Positions 40,822 through 51,287 are shown, counted from the first letter of the stretch. The stretch: DNA of 62,447 bases from Emcibacter sp. (GCA_016764855.1 JAESRB010000074.1:1-62447); one strand, 5' to 3'. Numbers and translations are program-made. Notes: generated by a model not told the origin, from the letters alone.

Positions 40822-42030
40822 TTATTTACAGGCACTTACCTGATGTAAAATTTCGACAAACCGTTCTTGAGGACGGGTTGGGTTCCATTCTTCTCTTGTT
40901 GTGATGGCGATCTTTCGGAAAATGTCTTTTACCGGAAAAGGAAGTATGCTTATCAACTTCTCTCCCATACCGTATTGAAGCTGATGGGTCGACATTAAGG
41001 CCAGACTATCACTCTCCAAAAGAAGGCCGCGCATGGCAATAAATGAGCTACATTCGACGATACGTTTGGGGGACTTCTGACCCAAATCTTCAAATAAATC
41101 TTCAAAACGAGCCCGGAGAGGACGCCCTTCACTGGGGGTAATCCATGAATAAGCCGCCAGCGTATTTATCGTCAGCTTCTTTGTCTTAAAAATCGGATGA
41201 TCGGTACGGGCAACAATTGCCAAGGGATCATCGAGCAAAAATTCCTGTTCAACACCTCCAACCAGAAGCGGATCACGTAAAGCCCCGAGCAAAAGATCAA
41301 TATCACCACTCCGCAATCCATTCATGAGATACTCATAAGGACCATCTAAAATTTTAACGTTATGGTCCGGATATTCTGACAAGAAAACTGTTACAGCCTT
41401 AGGTAAGATGTAAGTCCGGGCAAGCGGCATTCCTCCGATAACAATCCGTCCGGTATCATTTCCAACAAGCGCATTAATCTCCGCCTGAGCATTCTCAATT
41501 TCGGTAAAGGCTAATTTTGCATAACGAATAAGAATCTGAGAGGCGCTTGTGAAAGTGACGCCAATCCGAGACTTTTCAAAGATAGGAATACCCGCCAGCC
41601 TTTCCAGAGCCTTGGTATGCCTGTGAATTGATGATTTGGATATTCCGCTAAAACGAGCGGCAAGATTAAAATCCCCTGTTTCAAAAATAGCTATCAATGC
41701 TCTTAATTGATGGGCCGTAACCATACGGTAAAACCCTTTGGTCCCCTCAGAACATTCTATATTCGTGTGGCTCTGTGCCTCTTTTGCCCCTTTTTCTATG
41801 AGATCAAGAGCATGCTGAACCCTGCCATAATATATTTCTCCGGCCTCTGTTGGGTACATACCCGAACTGCTGCGTAAGAAAAGCTGTGCTCCCAAATTCA
41901 TTTCAAGCTTACTCAAAGCTTGCGTAATGGCGGACTGAGAAAGATAAACATAATGGGAGGCGGCGTTTATGCTCCGCCGCCGAAAGACTTCACAAAAACA
42001 ATTAAGATGGCGAAGATTTATGCAATTCAT
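40822..42030 (-). CDS. Second double-HTH LysR regulator (LigR/GalR type)
   Basis: 402 aa; NLRHL, YLSQSAITQA, MPLART, GPY..L..GLR.GDID.L.GALR shared with 26916-28148. Confidence 0.88.
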   Translation of the reverse strand: MNCINLRHLNCFCEVFRRRSINAASHYVYLSQSAITQALSKLEMNLGAQLFLRSSSGMYPTEAGEIYYGRVQHALDLIEKGAKEAQSHTNIECSEGTKGFYRMVTAHQLRALIAIFETGDFNLAARFSGISKSSIHRHTKALERLAGIPIFEKSRIGVTFTSASQILIRYAKLAFTEIENAQAEINALVGNDTGRIVIGGMPLARTYILPKAVTVFLSEYPDHNVKILDGPYEYLMNGLRSGDIDLLLGALRDPLLVGGVEQEFLLDDPLAIVARTDHPIFKTKKLTINTLAAYSWITPSEGRPLRARFEDLFEDLGQKSPKRIVECSSFIAMRGLLLESDSLALMSTHQLQYGMGEKLISILPFPVKDIFRKIAITTREEWNPTRPQERFVEILHQVSACK

Positions 42031-42045
42031 TTCTCAATCCTCCCC

Positions 42046-43416
42046 TTATTGAATATTTTTTGAAACGTAAGCCGCATTTCTGCGATCAACAACTTTTCCG
42101 AGAAAGAAAATACCGCAGCTTAAAAACAACATTGGAAAGGCCATTAAGCTAAATATCGTCGTAGGAGGCCAGCTGGGATCCATATACGTCCCAACAATTA
42201 GCGGCCCCGCAATCGCTCCGATACGACCGATCCCCAGCGCCCACCCCACACCAGCGGCTCGAATTTCATGGGGGTAAAATATAGCGGAAAGTGCCACGAC
42301 GCTTTTCTGGCCACCACTAACGCAAAAACCCACAAAAAAGCTTGATAGCAACATCACCCAAGGCGCAGACTGGAATGAATAACCAAAGATTAGCAAACAA
42401 AAAAAACCCAGAAGATATAACATAGCGAGCACATTATAAGGATTCAGCCGATCCATAGACGGACCAATAATAAAGGCGGCCACTATTCCCCCGACCGTTG
42501 TGATCGAAGTGCCTTTCACCATCATATCCATCACAAACCCCTGCTTCTCTATGATGATCGGCAACCAACTTTGCAGGGCATAAAATTCACCAAGGTTAAC
42601 GGAGAAAACCACCCATAATAGTAATGTCCCAACAAGTAATGACGGCTTAAAAAGCCCCATCACAGGCATCTGTTTTTTCTCGCCTGCATCTATATTCGGC
42701 ATCTCAAGGGTTGGGATGAAATCATCGGTTAGTGTCGGGTCAATACGGCAAAGTATATTCTTCACGCCTCTAATATTTTTTCCTTTTCTAATTTGCAAAG
42801 CAATAGAATCCGGCAAAAAGAAAAAGGTAATAGGCACTGCCGCCAATGTCATGACGCCCCCAATTAGGAATATTGAGGCCCAACCGTATGTGGGGATCAA
42901 CCAGCCAGAAACCAAACCAGCAACCACAAATCCCAGTGAGTAACCAACAAAAATAGCCAAAACAATCGTTGCACGCAGTCGCTTTGGACTGTATTCACTA
43001 GCCAAAGTGATCGCACTGGGGATCACGCCCCCAAGGCCAATACCTGTAATGAAACGCGCTATCATCAATTCATTCACATTCGTCGCGAAAGAGGCAAGAA
43101 GCACAAAGATAGATGTCCCAAGTACCGTTGCAACAATCATACGTTTGTGACCAATGCGGTCAGCAAACGGAGCAACGGCCAAATAACCAATCATCAATCC
43201 TAGCAGGGATGCCGAAAACAACGACCCCAGAGCTTCATTATCCAAGCCCCATTCCCGACCGACAAAAGGAGCAACATAAGCGATCATTTGCGTATCAAAA
43301 CCGTCTAAAAACATGACAATTCCACAAATCAGCGCAGTACGAATTTGAAACCACCCCATTGTACGGTTATCAATAAAGTCCGGTAATATAAGTATCTTTT
43401 CAGAGGTATCACTCAT
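42046..43416 (-). CDS. MFS aromatic acid transporter (candidate terephthalate transporter)
   Basis: LDGFDTQ, ADRIG.K, SEYSPKR.R, GWALGIGRIG; starts 2 nt after tphA1. Confidence 0.88.
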   Translation of the reverse strand: MSDTSEKILILPDFIDNRTMGWFQIRTALICGIVMFLDGFDTQMIAYVAPFVGREWGLDNEALGSLFSASLLGLMIGYLAVAPFADRIGHKRMIVATVLGTSIFVLLASFATNVNELMIARFITGIGLGGVIPSAITLASEYSPKRLRATIVLAIFVGYSLGFVVAGLVSGWLIPTYGWASIFLIGGVMTLAAVPITFFFLPDSIALQIRKGKNIRGVKNILCRIDPTLTDDFIPTLEMPNIDAGEKKQMPVMGLFKPSLLVGTLLLWVVFSVNLGEFYALQSWLPIIIEKQGFVMDMMVKGTSITTVGGIVAAFIIGPSMDRLNPYNVLAMLYLLGFFCLLIFGYSFQSAPWVMLLSSFFVGFCVSGGQKSVVALSAIFYPHEIRAAGVGWALGIGRIGAIAGPLIVGTYMDPSWPPTTIFSLMAFPMLFLSCGIFFLGKVVDRRNAAYVSKNIQ

Positions 43417-43417
43417 T

Positions 43418-44428
43418 TTACACCCCCTCCTCTACGGCTGAAACAAAGGGATCGCAAAAGAAGTTACCCAGACTTAAGCCAGCCTCTTTCACCAATATCT
43501 CCCGAGCGGAAGAAATCATATCTGGATTGCCGCAGGCATAAACTTCCCGGCCACTTAAATCGGAATGGTCTGCCAAAATGGCGTCCTGCACCCACCCACT
43601 TCGCCCTTTCCAATCTGTATCAGGTCGAGATAATACCGGCTTGAAATGAAACCAAGGCTGACGTTGTGCCCATTTTTCTATTAAATCAAAAAGATATAAA
43701 TCATTCCGTGTGCGTTGCCCCCAATAAAATTCAACAGACCTTTTACTGCCCTTGGCTATTTGATCCTCTATCATGGACTTAACAGGTGCAAATCCGGTTC
43801 CTGTCGCCATCAAAATTACTGGCGCATCAGAATCCTCTTTTATGCTAAATTGACCATAAGGAACTTCAATATCCAGTTCGCTACCCTTTTCAAGCTTCGA
43901 AAGAATAGCATCTGAAAACCGCCCCCCTGGAACATGTCGAATATGAAGCTCGATCATATCGCTCTTTTGAGGCGCATTAGCAAAAGAATAGTTACGGCTT
44001 GTTTGGTCATCCAGATAAACCATAAGATATTGCCCGGCCGTGAATTTACACCGCTTCCCAATGGGTAATCTCAACCCTAAAATAGAGACGTTATCTGCCG
44101 GCTGTTCTATACTATGAATGGTCGCTACCATACGTTTAGGCGTGATAACTGATAAATTACGGATATATTGTGGTTTGACCTCAATATCGGAACAAGGCCG
44201 CGTCACACAAAGTCGAACGGCCTTACCCAATCCCGCCGCAACATCTTCTTGTTTTTCAATAACGCTTCCTGAAACAAGGGTTCCTTCACAAGTGGAACAG
44301 ACTCCCTTACGACAAGAGTATGGTAAAGAATAGCCCGACCGCTCAGCAGCCTCCAATATGGTTTCATTTTCTCCACAAAGGAACTCAAGCTTATTTTCCT
44401 CACCTAACATACTAACTTTGAAAGGCAT
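43418..44428 (-). CDS. tphA1: Dioxygenase reductase (2Fe-2S + FAD/NAD), TphA1-like
   Basis: YSCRKGVCSTC ferredoxin motif, LRLPIGKR.KF.AGQY, RHVPGGRFS, GTGFAP, YACG. Confidence 0.82.
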   Translation of the reverse strand: MPFKVSMLGEENKLEFLCGENETILEAAERSGYSLPYSCRKGVCSTCEGTLVSGSVIEKQEDVAAGLGKAVRLCVTRPCSDIEVKPQYIRNLSVITPKRMVATIHSIEQPADNVSILGLRLPIGKRCKFTAGQYLMVYLDDQTSRNYSFANAPQKSDMIELHIRHVPGGRFSDAILSKLEKGSELDIEVPYGQFSIKEDSDAPVILMATGTGFAPVKSMIEDQIAKGSKRSVEFYWGQRTRNDLYLFDLIEKWAQRQPWFHFKPVLSRPDTDWKGRSGWVQDAILADHSDLSGREVYACGNPDMISSAREILVKEAGLSLGNFFCDPFVSAVEEGV

Positions 44429-44520
44429 TTTTTTCCCTGACTTAAATATACACCCTGTTAAATCTTGGGGCCTTTGACCCCAAGATCATTCTTATATCCT
44501 CATATTTTTTTGTAAAATTT

Positions 44521-44991
44521 TTATAGAGGAATGACTAATAACGTATCAAAATGCGAGCTATCACAAACCACGATACGCTCCTTAATTTTTATATTTCCAT
44601 CACTGACTTGATAATGATCTAGATAACGACCCACAGCAAAAACATCCATCGGCCCATCCCGGGTAATACGCACAACCATAAAGGATGTTTCGCTTCGCAC
44701 TTCACCATCCTCATCACTTAAAATATAAGGATGAGAAATGATATGACGGTACTTGTGAAATTCATAAATATTTGCCTGTCGTAACGCTGTAATCCGGTCA
44801 ATAAGCATTGCCTGTGAATCAGCCCAAATAATACCAGCTTCTAACCCTTCCCTATGGTTCCGATCAGACGTAACCACATATTTGCAATCTTCCACGAAGA
44901 AATATGGCCAGTCTTCATAGTCACCGTTATCAATGCAGCGCGCATAAACAACATGTTGTTTCGCGATTAAAAGAGACATATCTTGTGTCAT
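44521..44991 (-). CDS. tphA3: Terephthalate 1,2-dioxygenase beta subunit
   Basis: NH.EGL.AGI.WADSQ.ML.DRI.ALR.ANIYE.H.YRH and VCDS...DTL..PL. Confidence 0.85.
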   Translation of the reverse strand: MTQDMSLLIAKQHVVYARCIDNGDYEDWPYFFVEDCKYVVTSDRNHREGLEAGIIWADSQAMLIDRITALRQANIYEFHKYRHIISHPYILSDEDGEVRSETSFMVVRITRDGPMDVFAVGRYLDHYQVSDGNIKIKERIVVCDSSHFDTLLVIPL

Positions 44992-45000
44992 ACTTATTCC

Positions 45001-46252
45001 TTACAATTCTGTTATTTCACGATAGGCCTTCCAGAAACCCCGAACGGCGGCCTCCGTAACGCGACTGGAAGATGACCAACGCTATCCCCCCCCATTTCTA
45101 AAACGGCAAACTCTTGTGAAGCCCCTTTGATGCCCCGTTGAACAAAATTCCCGACACAACCATCTTCCATCGAAATAAAACCGGCTGGACCAACAAGGTT
45201 TGCCTGCTTTAGTCGAATTTTAGTTTGTTCCGGCGTATCCCCTTCAAAGCCTAGATATGTCCAATGCAATTCCATTTTATCTACACCGCATGGTACAATT
45301 TGACGTACGACCACAGAGTTAAAGATCTGCTGCAAGACAAATCCCGGAAATACGGTTAGAATTTGCAGCGTTATATCGTCACCAAATTCATCAAAACTCT
45401 CAAGCATAGAAGGGTCTTTTAGCTTAAAGTCACTCTGAGAACGGATTTCCTGATCTGAATAAGTGGTATCTTCTACCGCGTCCTTTTCCGTAATTGAATA
45501 ACTGACATGATTGGCACCTGTATCATTAATGATCAGCCCGCCTTTTTGGGTCAGACGATTAATTTCAAAGGTTGTAAAGAAAAGTGCAAAATGCTGGCGT
45601 GGTAAGAATCCTTGGTATTTTCAGCATAAAGCTTCCAGTTATTTGGTATGTTTTGAGTGTACCGTCCAATGACAACCATTTTCCGTCCGGCTAGAACTCT
45701 GGCAATACGCTCTAATATTTCTTCCCCAAGATATTCTTCGATACTTGGGACATCATTGGAAAAACTGCCAAATACCAAACCATGGACCACTGCCACACGC
45801 ATTTTTTTCGGTCCAAATTTATGTTTGCAAAAACTTGGCCGCATACCCCCGCTACCATTCAAGCCATCCATAAACGCCACACTGTCAAGATCCCCTTGAA
45901 GGCTATGGCCCCAGCCATGATAAACACAGGAGAAATTTTTCGTCTTACCAGAAACTTCATATGTCAACAACGCACCACGGTGAGCACAGCGGTTTTCAAA
46001 GGCATATATCTCCCCATCCATATCCCGCGTAATGATGACGTGTGTTTCCCCCACATAACTCGTCCTAAAATCTCCGGCCTCTGCCAGCTCCGTTTCCAGG
46101 CACAAGTAATTCCAGCTTTCCCCCCGGAATAAACGTTGCTGTTCCATTTGGTATACAGCCTCATCCTGAAACACCCAATAAGGGACCCGCGTAACACCCG
46201 GCGGCCAGTTTCGTTGCCCCACCTTTGATGTCTCAGCTGTCTGATTAGTCAT
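45001..46252 (-). CDS. tphA2: Terephthalate 1,2-dioxygenase alpha subunit, interrupted by two single-base frameshifts
   Basis: Rieske [69 protein letters not shown]. One base is missing near 45580-45584 and one near 45075-45077; 1252+2 nt gives 418 codons. Confidence 0.85.
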
Positions 46253-46300
46253 TTTTCCTCCTCAACTCATTCCGCACTTTAATTGTATAAAAATATAAAA

Positions 46301-46336
46301 TGTTCGAATACTGAACAATTACTTAATTCTCGAACA
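46301..46336. promoter_or_regulatory. Putative IclR operator upstream of tphA2
   Basis: TGTTCGAATACTGAACA palindrome plus distal CGAACA; same architecture as 36370-36405. Confidence 0.65.
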
Positions 46337-46642
46337 TTATTGCAAACGTTCCCTACTGATGTCAACAGCAGTCCAGACTATCTAACTATGACGGATAAAA
46401 ATATGGAGCATATTTAATACCTCATGAGAAATGAGCACCTCATGGTATTAATATTTATAATCAGAGAGTTATGTATATTTTTATAATGGATATTTGGGGT
46501 AATTAAACGAGAAGTTCTCATGATAAATTAGCATAAAATTGTGGAAGGAAAGACAATTCTACCCTTGTGAGCTTCACTCCGAGTTTCCTATTTATGCGCT
46601 TTTATCGCTAAGAACCCACCTACAATGCGGGTGGCATACATT

Positions 46643-46672
46643 TCTTTTCCGGTCTTTTCCGGTCTTTTCCGG
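46643..46672. repeat. 10-bp tandem repeat (TCTTTTCCGG)x3
   Basis: Three perfect copies. Confidence 0.9.
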
Positions 46673-46920
46673 TTAGACCAAAGAAACTATATTAATGAGA
46701 AATTGCTGTTTTTTGTACAGCTCAAGTATATTCTTGTAGATTCACCGTTATCTAGCGCTCTACATTCGTCACGCGGCCCTCACCTATAGGACGGCGGAAC
46801 AGCCCCTCAGTGGCAAAGCATGAGCCACTATGGAATAAGCTACATAATATGAAACAGGAAATTCCAAACCTGTCGAAGCAGAGCCGTTAAGCTGTCCAAG
46901 GGACCGCGCGCACCCCACAC

Positions 46921-46959
46921 TTACGGGCCTGATATGCCGTAAAGTTAACGGCCCGTAAT
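46921..46959 (-). terminator. Stem-loop downstream of the sugar dehydrogenase gene
   Basis: TTACGGGCC...GGCCCGTAA arms. Confidence 0.45.
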
Positions 46960-46981
46960 ATAATGCTATAAAGTCTAAACT

Positions 46982-48124
46982 TTAATCTGCCTTCTTATAG
47001 GTCACGCGATAAATAACATCGGCGCCATTATCGGCAACAAGGAGGCTACCATCCGGCATCACTAACGTAGCCGTGGGCCGGCCCCAGCCTTTATTCTTTT
47101 TCTTATCCAACCATCCGGTTATGAACGGCTCGTATTTCACCGCCTTATTACCTTCCAGTGTGACAAGAGTCAGGCGGTACCCCACATGACCTGATTTTCT
47201 TGAGCGGTTCCAGGACCCTCTTTCCGGAATGATAATCTGATTATGAAACCGTTCTGGAAACATCGTTCCTGTATAAAAAGTCATCCCCAGTGCCGCCACA
47301 TGCGCACCAAGTTTCTGAACTGGTGGAATGTAATCTTCGGCTTTCTTGCCCTCACTAAGTTTACGGTCCTTAATGTCGCCTTGGTGATAGAAAGGATAAC
47401 CAAAATTCTGGCCTGCTTTTGTCGCACGGTTTAATTCATCCGCGGGAATGTTATCCCCAAGCCCATCGCCGCCATTATCAGTAAACCAAAGTTCTTTGGT
47501 ACCGGGGTGCCAGTCGAAACCAACCGAATTTCTTATGCCTCGAGCAAAAATTTCAATTTTTCTATCTGCAGAGTTCACGTCCATCCGCGTGATCGTGCCA
47601 AATATTTCATTCTCGCTTAGGCAAATATTACACGGCGCTCCCACAGGAATATAAAGCAATCCATCAGGGCCAAAGTTGATAAATTTCCATCCATGATGGG
47701 TCTTGTCCGGGAATTTATCTGTTAAAACTTCGGGTTCTGGGTTCTGATCAAAAGTCTTATCAATATTCTTATAACGATAAACATGTTTAATGGCCCCCAC
47801 ATACAGATCACCGTCACGATAAGCCACACCAGAAGGCATGTTTAATCCACTATCTATGGTGATGACTTGTTCCGCTGCCAATTTATTATCGGGATTTAAC
47901 AACGCATATATTTTGCCCTCACCCCGGCGGCGGCTCCCCACATAAACCGTGCCGTTTTTGCCAAGTGACATTTGACGGGCATCCTTTATCTCTGCATAGA
48001 CAGAGATAGAGAACCCCGGCGGTAAAATAAGCTTATCAAGCGGCAGTTCTTCAGCATGAAGTTCTACCATATGAAAACAGGCCATTATAAAAGATATATT
48101 GAGTAATATTTTTTTCATCATCAT
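46982..48124 (-). CDS. Secreted glucose/sorbosone dehydrogenase-family beta-propeller protein
   Basis: Signal peptide, LPPGFSI.VYA, HHGWK.I.FGPDG.LY, GAPCNIC, GIRNSVG.DW, DNG.D, GSWNR. Start at the MMM run near 48124. Confidence 0.88.
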   Translation of the reverse strand: MMMKKILLNISFIMACFHMVELHAEELPLDKLILPPGFSISVYAEIKDARQMSLGKNGTVYVGSRRRGEGKIYALLNPDNKLAAEQVITIDSGLNMPSGVAYRDGDLYVGAIKHVYRYKNIDKTFDQNPEPEVLTDKFPDKTHHGWKFINFGPDGLLYIPVGAPCNICLSENEIFGTITRMDVNSADRKIEIFARGIRNSVGFDWHPGTKELWFTDNGGDGLGDNIPADELNRATKAGQNFGYPFYHQGDIKDRKLSEGKKAEDYIPPVQKLGAHVAALGMTFYTGTMFPERFHNQIIIPERGSWNRSRKSGHVGYRLTLVTLEGNKAVKYEPFITGWLDKKKNKGWGRPTATLVMPDGSLLVADNGADVIYRVTYKKAD

Positions 48125-48137
48125 TCTACTATAGTGT

Positions 48138-49502
48138 TTATGCCTCTGATAACGCCTTTGTTTTTGCAAGGTCAGCATGAAGCGTGCGCGCTCCGAGGAA
48201 ATAATGCACAGCGGCCCATATATTCACCAGACCGACAATTACAAGTCCGTAACCAAGAGAATCCTCTCCTGCCGTCTCCTTCAAGTAATCACTAATGAAC
48301 CCAACACACAGCGGCCCTAGACCCAATCCAATTAACGTCTGCATGAACAACAAGATCGACACCGCGATCGCCCGACTTCGTAACGTCGCAAGGGCCTGTG
48401 TCATGGCAAAGGATGGCCCAAAAAACATCGTTGCCAACACAACCATAATGGCAAAACAAGGCACCATCACCCACATGTCCGAACTCATATAAGCAAAGAA
48501 CTGGAAAGGAAGCATAAGAATTGTTGCATATCCTGCCACCCACATATACCAGCGCTTATCCCCGGTTTTAGAACTCAGCCGATCGCCAAGGTAACCTCCG
48601 AGGAATGTACCGATAGCTCCAATTGCAGCAAAAAGAGCCAACCAACTTCCCGCCTCACTACTGCTCATGCTGTGAGACCGGATAAGAAACGTCGCATTCC
48701 AGATACTGCCACCATACCATACAAACGAATGCAGGCCAGCCGCAAAACACAAATGACGGAAAGAAACATTTCCCCATAGTGTTTTTAATACAACAGGAAT
48801 AGGAAGGGCCTTTGTCGCTTGCACGGCTGTGCTTGAAATTTTATCGGCCATTCCTCTTTGTGGTTCTTTAATGGTAAAACGAACCAATAACGCCACAGCT
48901 ATCCCAGGAAGACCAATCAAAATAAATGTAGTACGCCAACCGACAAGGTCGTTCCCCCAACCCGCTGCTAGGCTTCCGACCATCGTACCAATTGGAACGC
49001 CCAAAGCATAAAGTGACAGGGCTGTTCCCCGGATATTAAGAGGGAAATAATCAGAAATAATCGAATGTGATGGCGGACTACCGCCCGCTTCTCCGACGGC
49101 GGTCCCGACCCGTGCCATAAGCAACGTCCCAAAACTACCCGCCATACCGCACAATGCTGTCATCCCACTCCACAATGCTATGGCCAATGAAAGTACTTTT
49201 GTCCGACTTGAGCGATCCGCCCAGGCCGCGATCGGTATTCCCATCACAGCATAGAAAAATGCGAACGCCATTCCCCCTAGTAGTCCCAACTGCGTATCCG
49301 TTAAGTCAAATTCTAACTTTATAGGCTCCAGCAGAATTCCCAAAACTGCCCGGTCCATGACATTAACTACATAACCAATAAAAAGGACCAGAAGGACATA
49401 ATGTCGATAGCCGGGGTTGGTAAAGAAATTGGTTTTCTCTTCTGCGGCTTCCATGTCTTCCTTGTTACTTTTATCGGTAGTTTGTATTTTATTTATGTCC
49501 AA
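48138..49502 (-). CDS. MFS transporter (spinster-like)
   Basis: N..DR..LGILLEPIK, ADR.SR, GEAGGSPPSHS.ISDYFP. Confidence 0.9.
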   Translation of the reverse strand: MDINKIQTTDKSNKEDMEAAEEKTNFFTNPGYRHYVLLVLFIGYVVNVMDRAVLGILLEPIKLEFDLTDTQLGLLGGMAFAFFYAVMGIPIAAWADRSSRTKVLSLAIALWSGMTALCGMAGSFGTLLMARVGTAVGEAGGSPPSHSIISDYFPLNIRGTALSLYALGVPIGTMVGSLAAGWGNDLVGWRTTFILIGLPGIAVALLVRFTIKEPQRGMADKISSTAVQATKALPIPVVLKTLWGNVSFRHLCFAAGLHSFVWYGGSIWNATFLIRSHSMSSSEAGSWLALFAAIGAIGTFLGGYLGDRLSSKTGDKRWYMWVAGYATILMLPFQFFAYMSSDMWVMVPCFAIMVVLATMFFGPSFAMTQALATLRSRAIAVSILLFMQTLIGLGLGPLCVGFISDYLKETAGEDSLGYGLVIVGLVNIWAAVHYFLGARTLHADLAKTKALSEA

Positions 49503-49514
49503 AAAAACCTCCCT

Positions 49515-50816
49515 TTATTCTTTACGATCCAGATTATCGCAAAGACGTTCTTGTAATTCTTTTATATTTATGTCCGAGACCTTACCGCTGCCTGCCATAT
49601 CCAAGGCATGTGCTGCGGCCATTCCCATGCTCATACAAGGCCCCATAACCCTGATTGCCGACAATGCATGACTGTCTCCATCCACACACCGTCCTGCGGC
49701 GACGATATTATCTACACCCTTTGGCAACATGCAGCTAAGGGGAATATAATAAACATGACCATATGGGAATTCTTCCCAGTGAACGAGCTCTTCCGTGTCA
49801 TGCAATTCTACCCACCATGCACATCGCGCAACGGCATCTTCCGGTCGTGCCCCTTCTTTAATTTCATCCAATGTCAATTGATGTTCACCAACGATCCAGC
49901 GCGTCTGGCGCAAGCCCGGATTACCATAGGCACGAATTTGAGAACCTTTAAAAATGTTCGAAAATTCTCCTTGCAGGAATCTCAGCACTTTATCAGCCTG
50001 ACGGCGGCCTTCTAAAACCATATCAGCCGCGGCCATCGGATCCATAGGTGTTTCAAAATGGCCAATATTCGCCAACATAAAGCCTTTGCCCGAGAAATGC
50101 ATCAAAAACCCATCATGACGACGAACACCATATTTATGGCCTGCTGTAACCAGTCGTGCATGCACTTCATTTATATCAAGCTGGTCGACAACATCCGTAT
50201 CATATCCTTCGATCAGAAAGTTCATCGTGCCATATATGGGCGCGGTAGGCTCACGTAGATCAAGTCCCGCTTCCCAACAAAGACTGGCATCGCCCGAGGC
50301 ATCTACATAGCCATTTGCCTTTACCTTAACCGCCCCATAACGCGTGATCAGGTCAATATGCTGCACCCGCTTATCTTTAAATTCCACATGAGAGAGCGTT
50401 GCTCCCAATAAAATTTTAACCCCAGCGTCCTCTAATTTTTGCTCGAACCAGCGGCCCATACGGATTTCATCATACTGAAAGGTAATGGTTCCTGTGCGCG
50501 CACTATTTCTGGTCAGGAAAGAACCTTCTTCCTTAAGCTCATTAACCAAATCTTCTGCAATTCCATAGGTAATTTGATAGGCATCCGGCCCATGGGTATA
50601 AAGCCCGATCAATGTCCCCACTTGCGAACCAATCGCCTGCCCGCCAATGGCAGGGGCGCCGTCGACCAATACGACCGTACGACCAAGTTTCGCCGCCTCA
50701 AGCGCCGCCGTCAATCCAGATATTCCGGCACCTAATATACAAATATCAGCTTCGATATCTTCTATAGCCTGCACATCTGTGCGACGCACTGTTTTTGTAT
50801 GAATGACGTCTGACAT
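49515..50816 (-). CDS. FAD-dependent oxidoreductase of unknown function
   Basis: GAGISG dinucleotide motif, DASGDA, RQTR.I.G, NIVAAGRC, RVMGPC..MG.AA. Confidence 0.85.
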   Translation of the reverse strand: MSDVIHTKTVRRTDVQAIEDIEADICILGAGISGLTAALEAAKLGRTVVLVDGAPAIGGQAIGSQVGTLIGLYTHGPDAYQITYGIAEDLVNELKEEGSFLTRNSARTGTITFQYDEIRMGRWFEQKLEDAGVKILLGATLSHVEFKDKRVQHIDLITRYGAVKVKANGYVDASGDASLCWEAGLDLREPTAPIYGTMNFLIEGYDTDVVDQLDINEVHARLVTAGHKYGVRRHDGFLMHFSGKGFMLANIGHFETPMDPMAAADMVLEGRRQADKVLRFLQGEFSNIFKGSQIRAYGNPGLRQTRWIVGEHQLTLDEIKEGARPEDAVARCAWWVELHDTEELVHWEEFPYGHVYYIPLSCMLPKGVDNIVAAGRCVDGDSHALSAIRVMGPCMSMGMAAAHALDMAGSGKVSDINIKELQERLCDNLDRKE

Positions 50817-50876
50817 AGTTTCTTTATCCTTGAAATCTAAGAGTATTCTTTTACTTTTGAAATGTGACAGGCCGTG

Positions 50877-51287
50877 TTAGGCCTTTGTTATGATTTCCAC
50901 ATAACCTTCGTCCGCATTCAAGCGAACCCAGTCACCGGTTTTGATGACAACCAAGGGGTCTTGGTCGAAACCGGTCATGGCCGGAATACGCATAACCACC
51001 GCGCCCAAGGCAATTTTGGTCGTCATTTCATTAAAAATCAAACCTTTGGGAGCAACGCCTGCAAGTCGGGCCAGATGAAAGGCAACGGACCAACCGGACG
51101 ATCCCTTTGCCCCGCGACAAATTAAAATTTTGTCTTTAAAGCTCTGACCACATAACTCATGTCGGGTTTCCGTAATGATGCCCTTCATCGGATTAACACC
51201 ACCCCACCCGGAGATGGTCTGGCTGGTGACAAGGGCCTCTCCTTCGATCACGCCGCCGACAACCTTTCGTCCTGTTAATTTAATCAT
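50877..51287 (-). CDS. Aconitase X swivel-domain small subunit (DUF126)
   Basis: GEALV....ISGWGG....G.I....HEL.GQS, KGSS motif; ATG overlaps the large-subunit stop. Confidence 0.88.
   Translation of the reverse strand: MIKLTGRKVVGGVIEGEALVTSQTISGWGGVNPMKGIITETRHELCGQSFKDKILICRGAKGSSGWSVAFHLARLAGVAPKGLIFNEMTTKIALGAVVMRIPAMTGFDQDPLVVIKTGDWVRLNADEGYVEIITKA

Noticed and set aside
45012-45407. Independent 131-aa gene
   Set aside because: It is an internal piece of the frameshifted tphA2.
44521-46252. Salicylate 5-hydroxylase or anthranilate dioxygenase
   Set aside because: Related family, but no separate ferredoxin or gentisate genes, and a PdxA-type dehydrogenase plus IclR are present, as in tph clusters.
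46340-46920. Hidden gene or ncRNA in the long spacer upstream of tphA2
   Set aside because: Only short ORFs, a weak hairpin and a 3x10-bp repeat; nothing I can assign to a family.
48125-48178. Overlap of the sugar dehydrogenase ORF with the MFS gene
   Set aside because: The likely start is the MMMKK signal peptide at about 48124, which removes the overlap.
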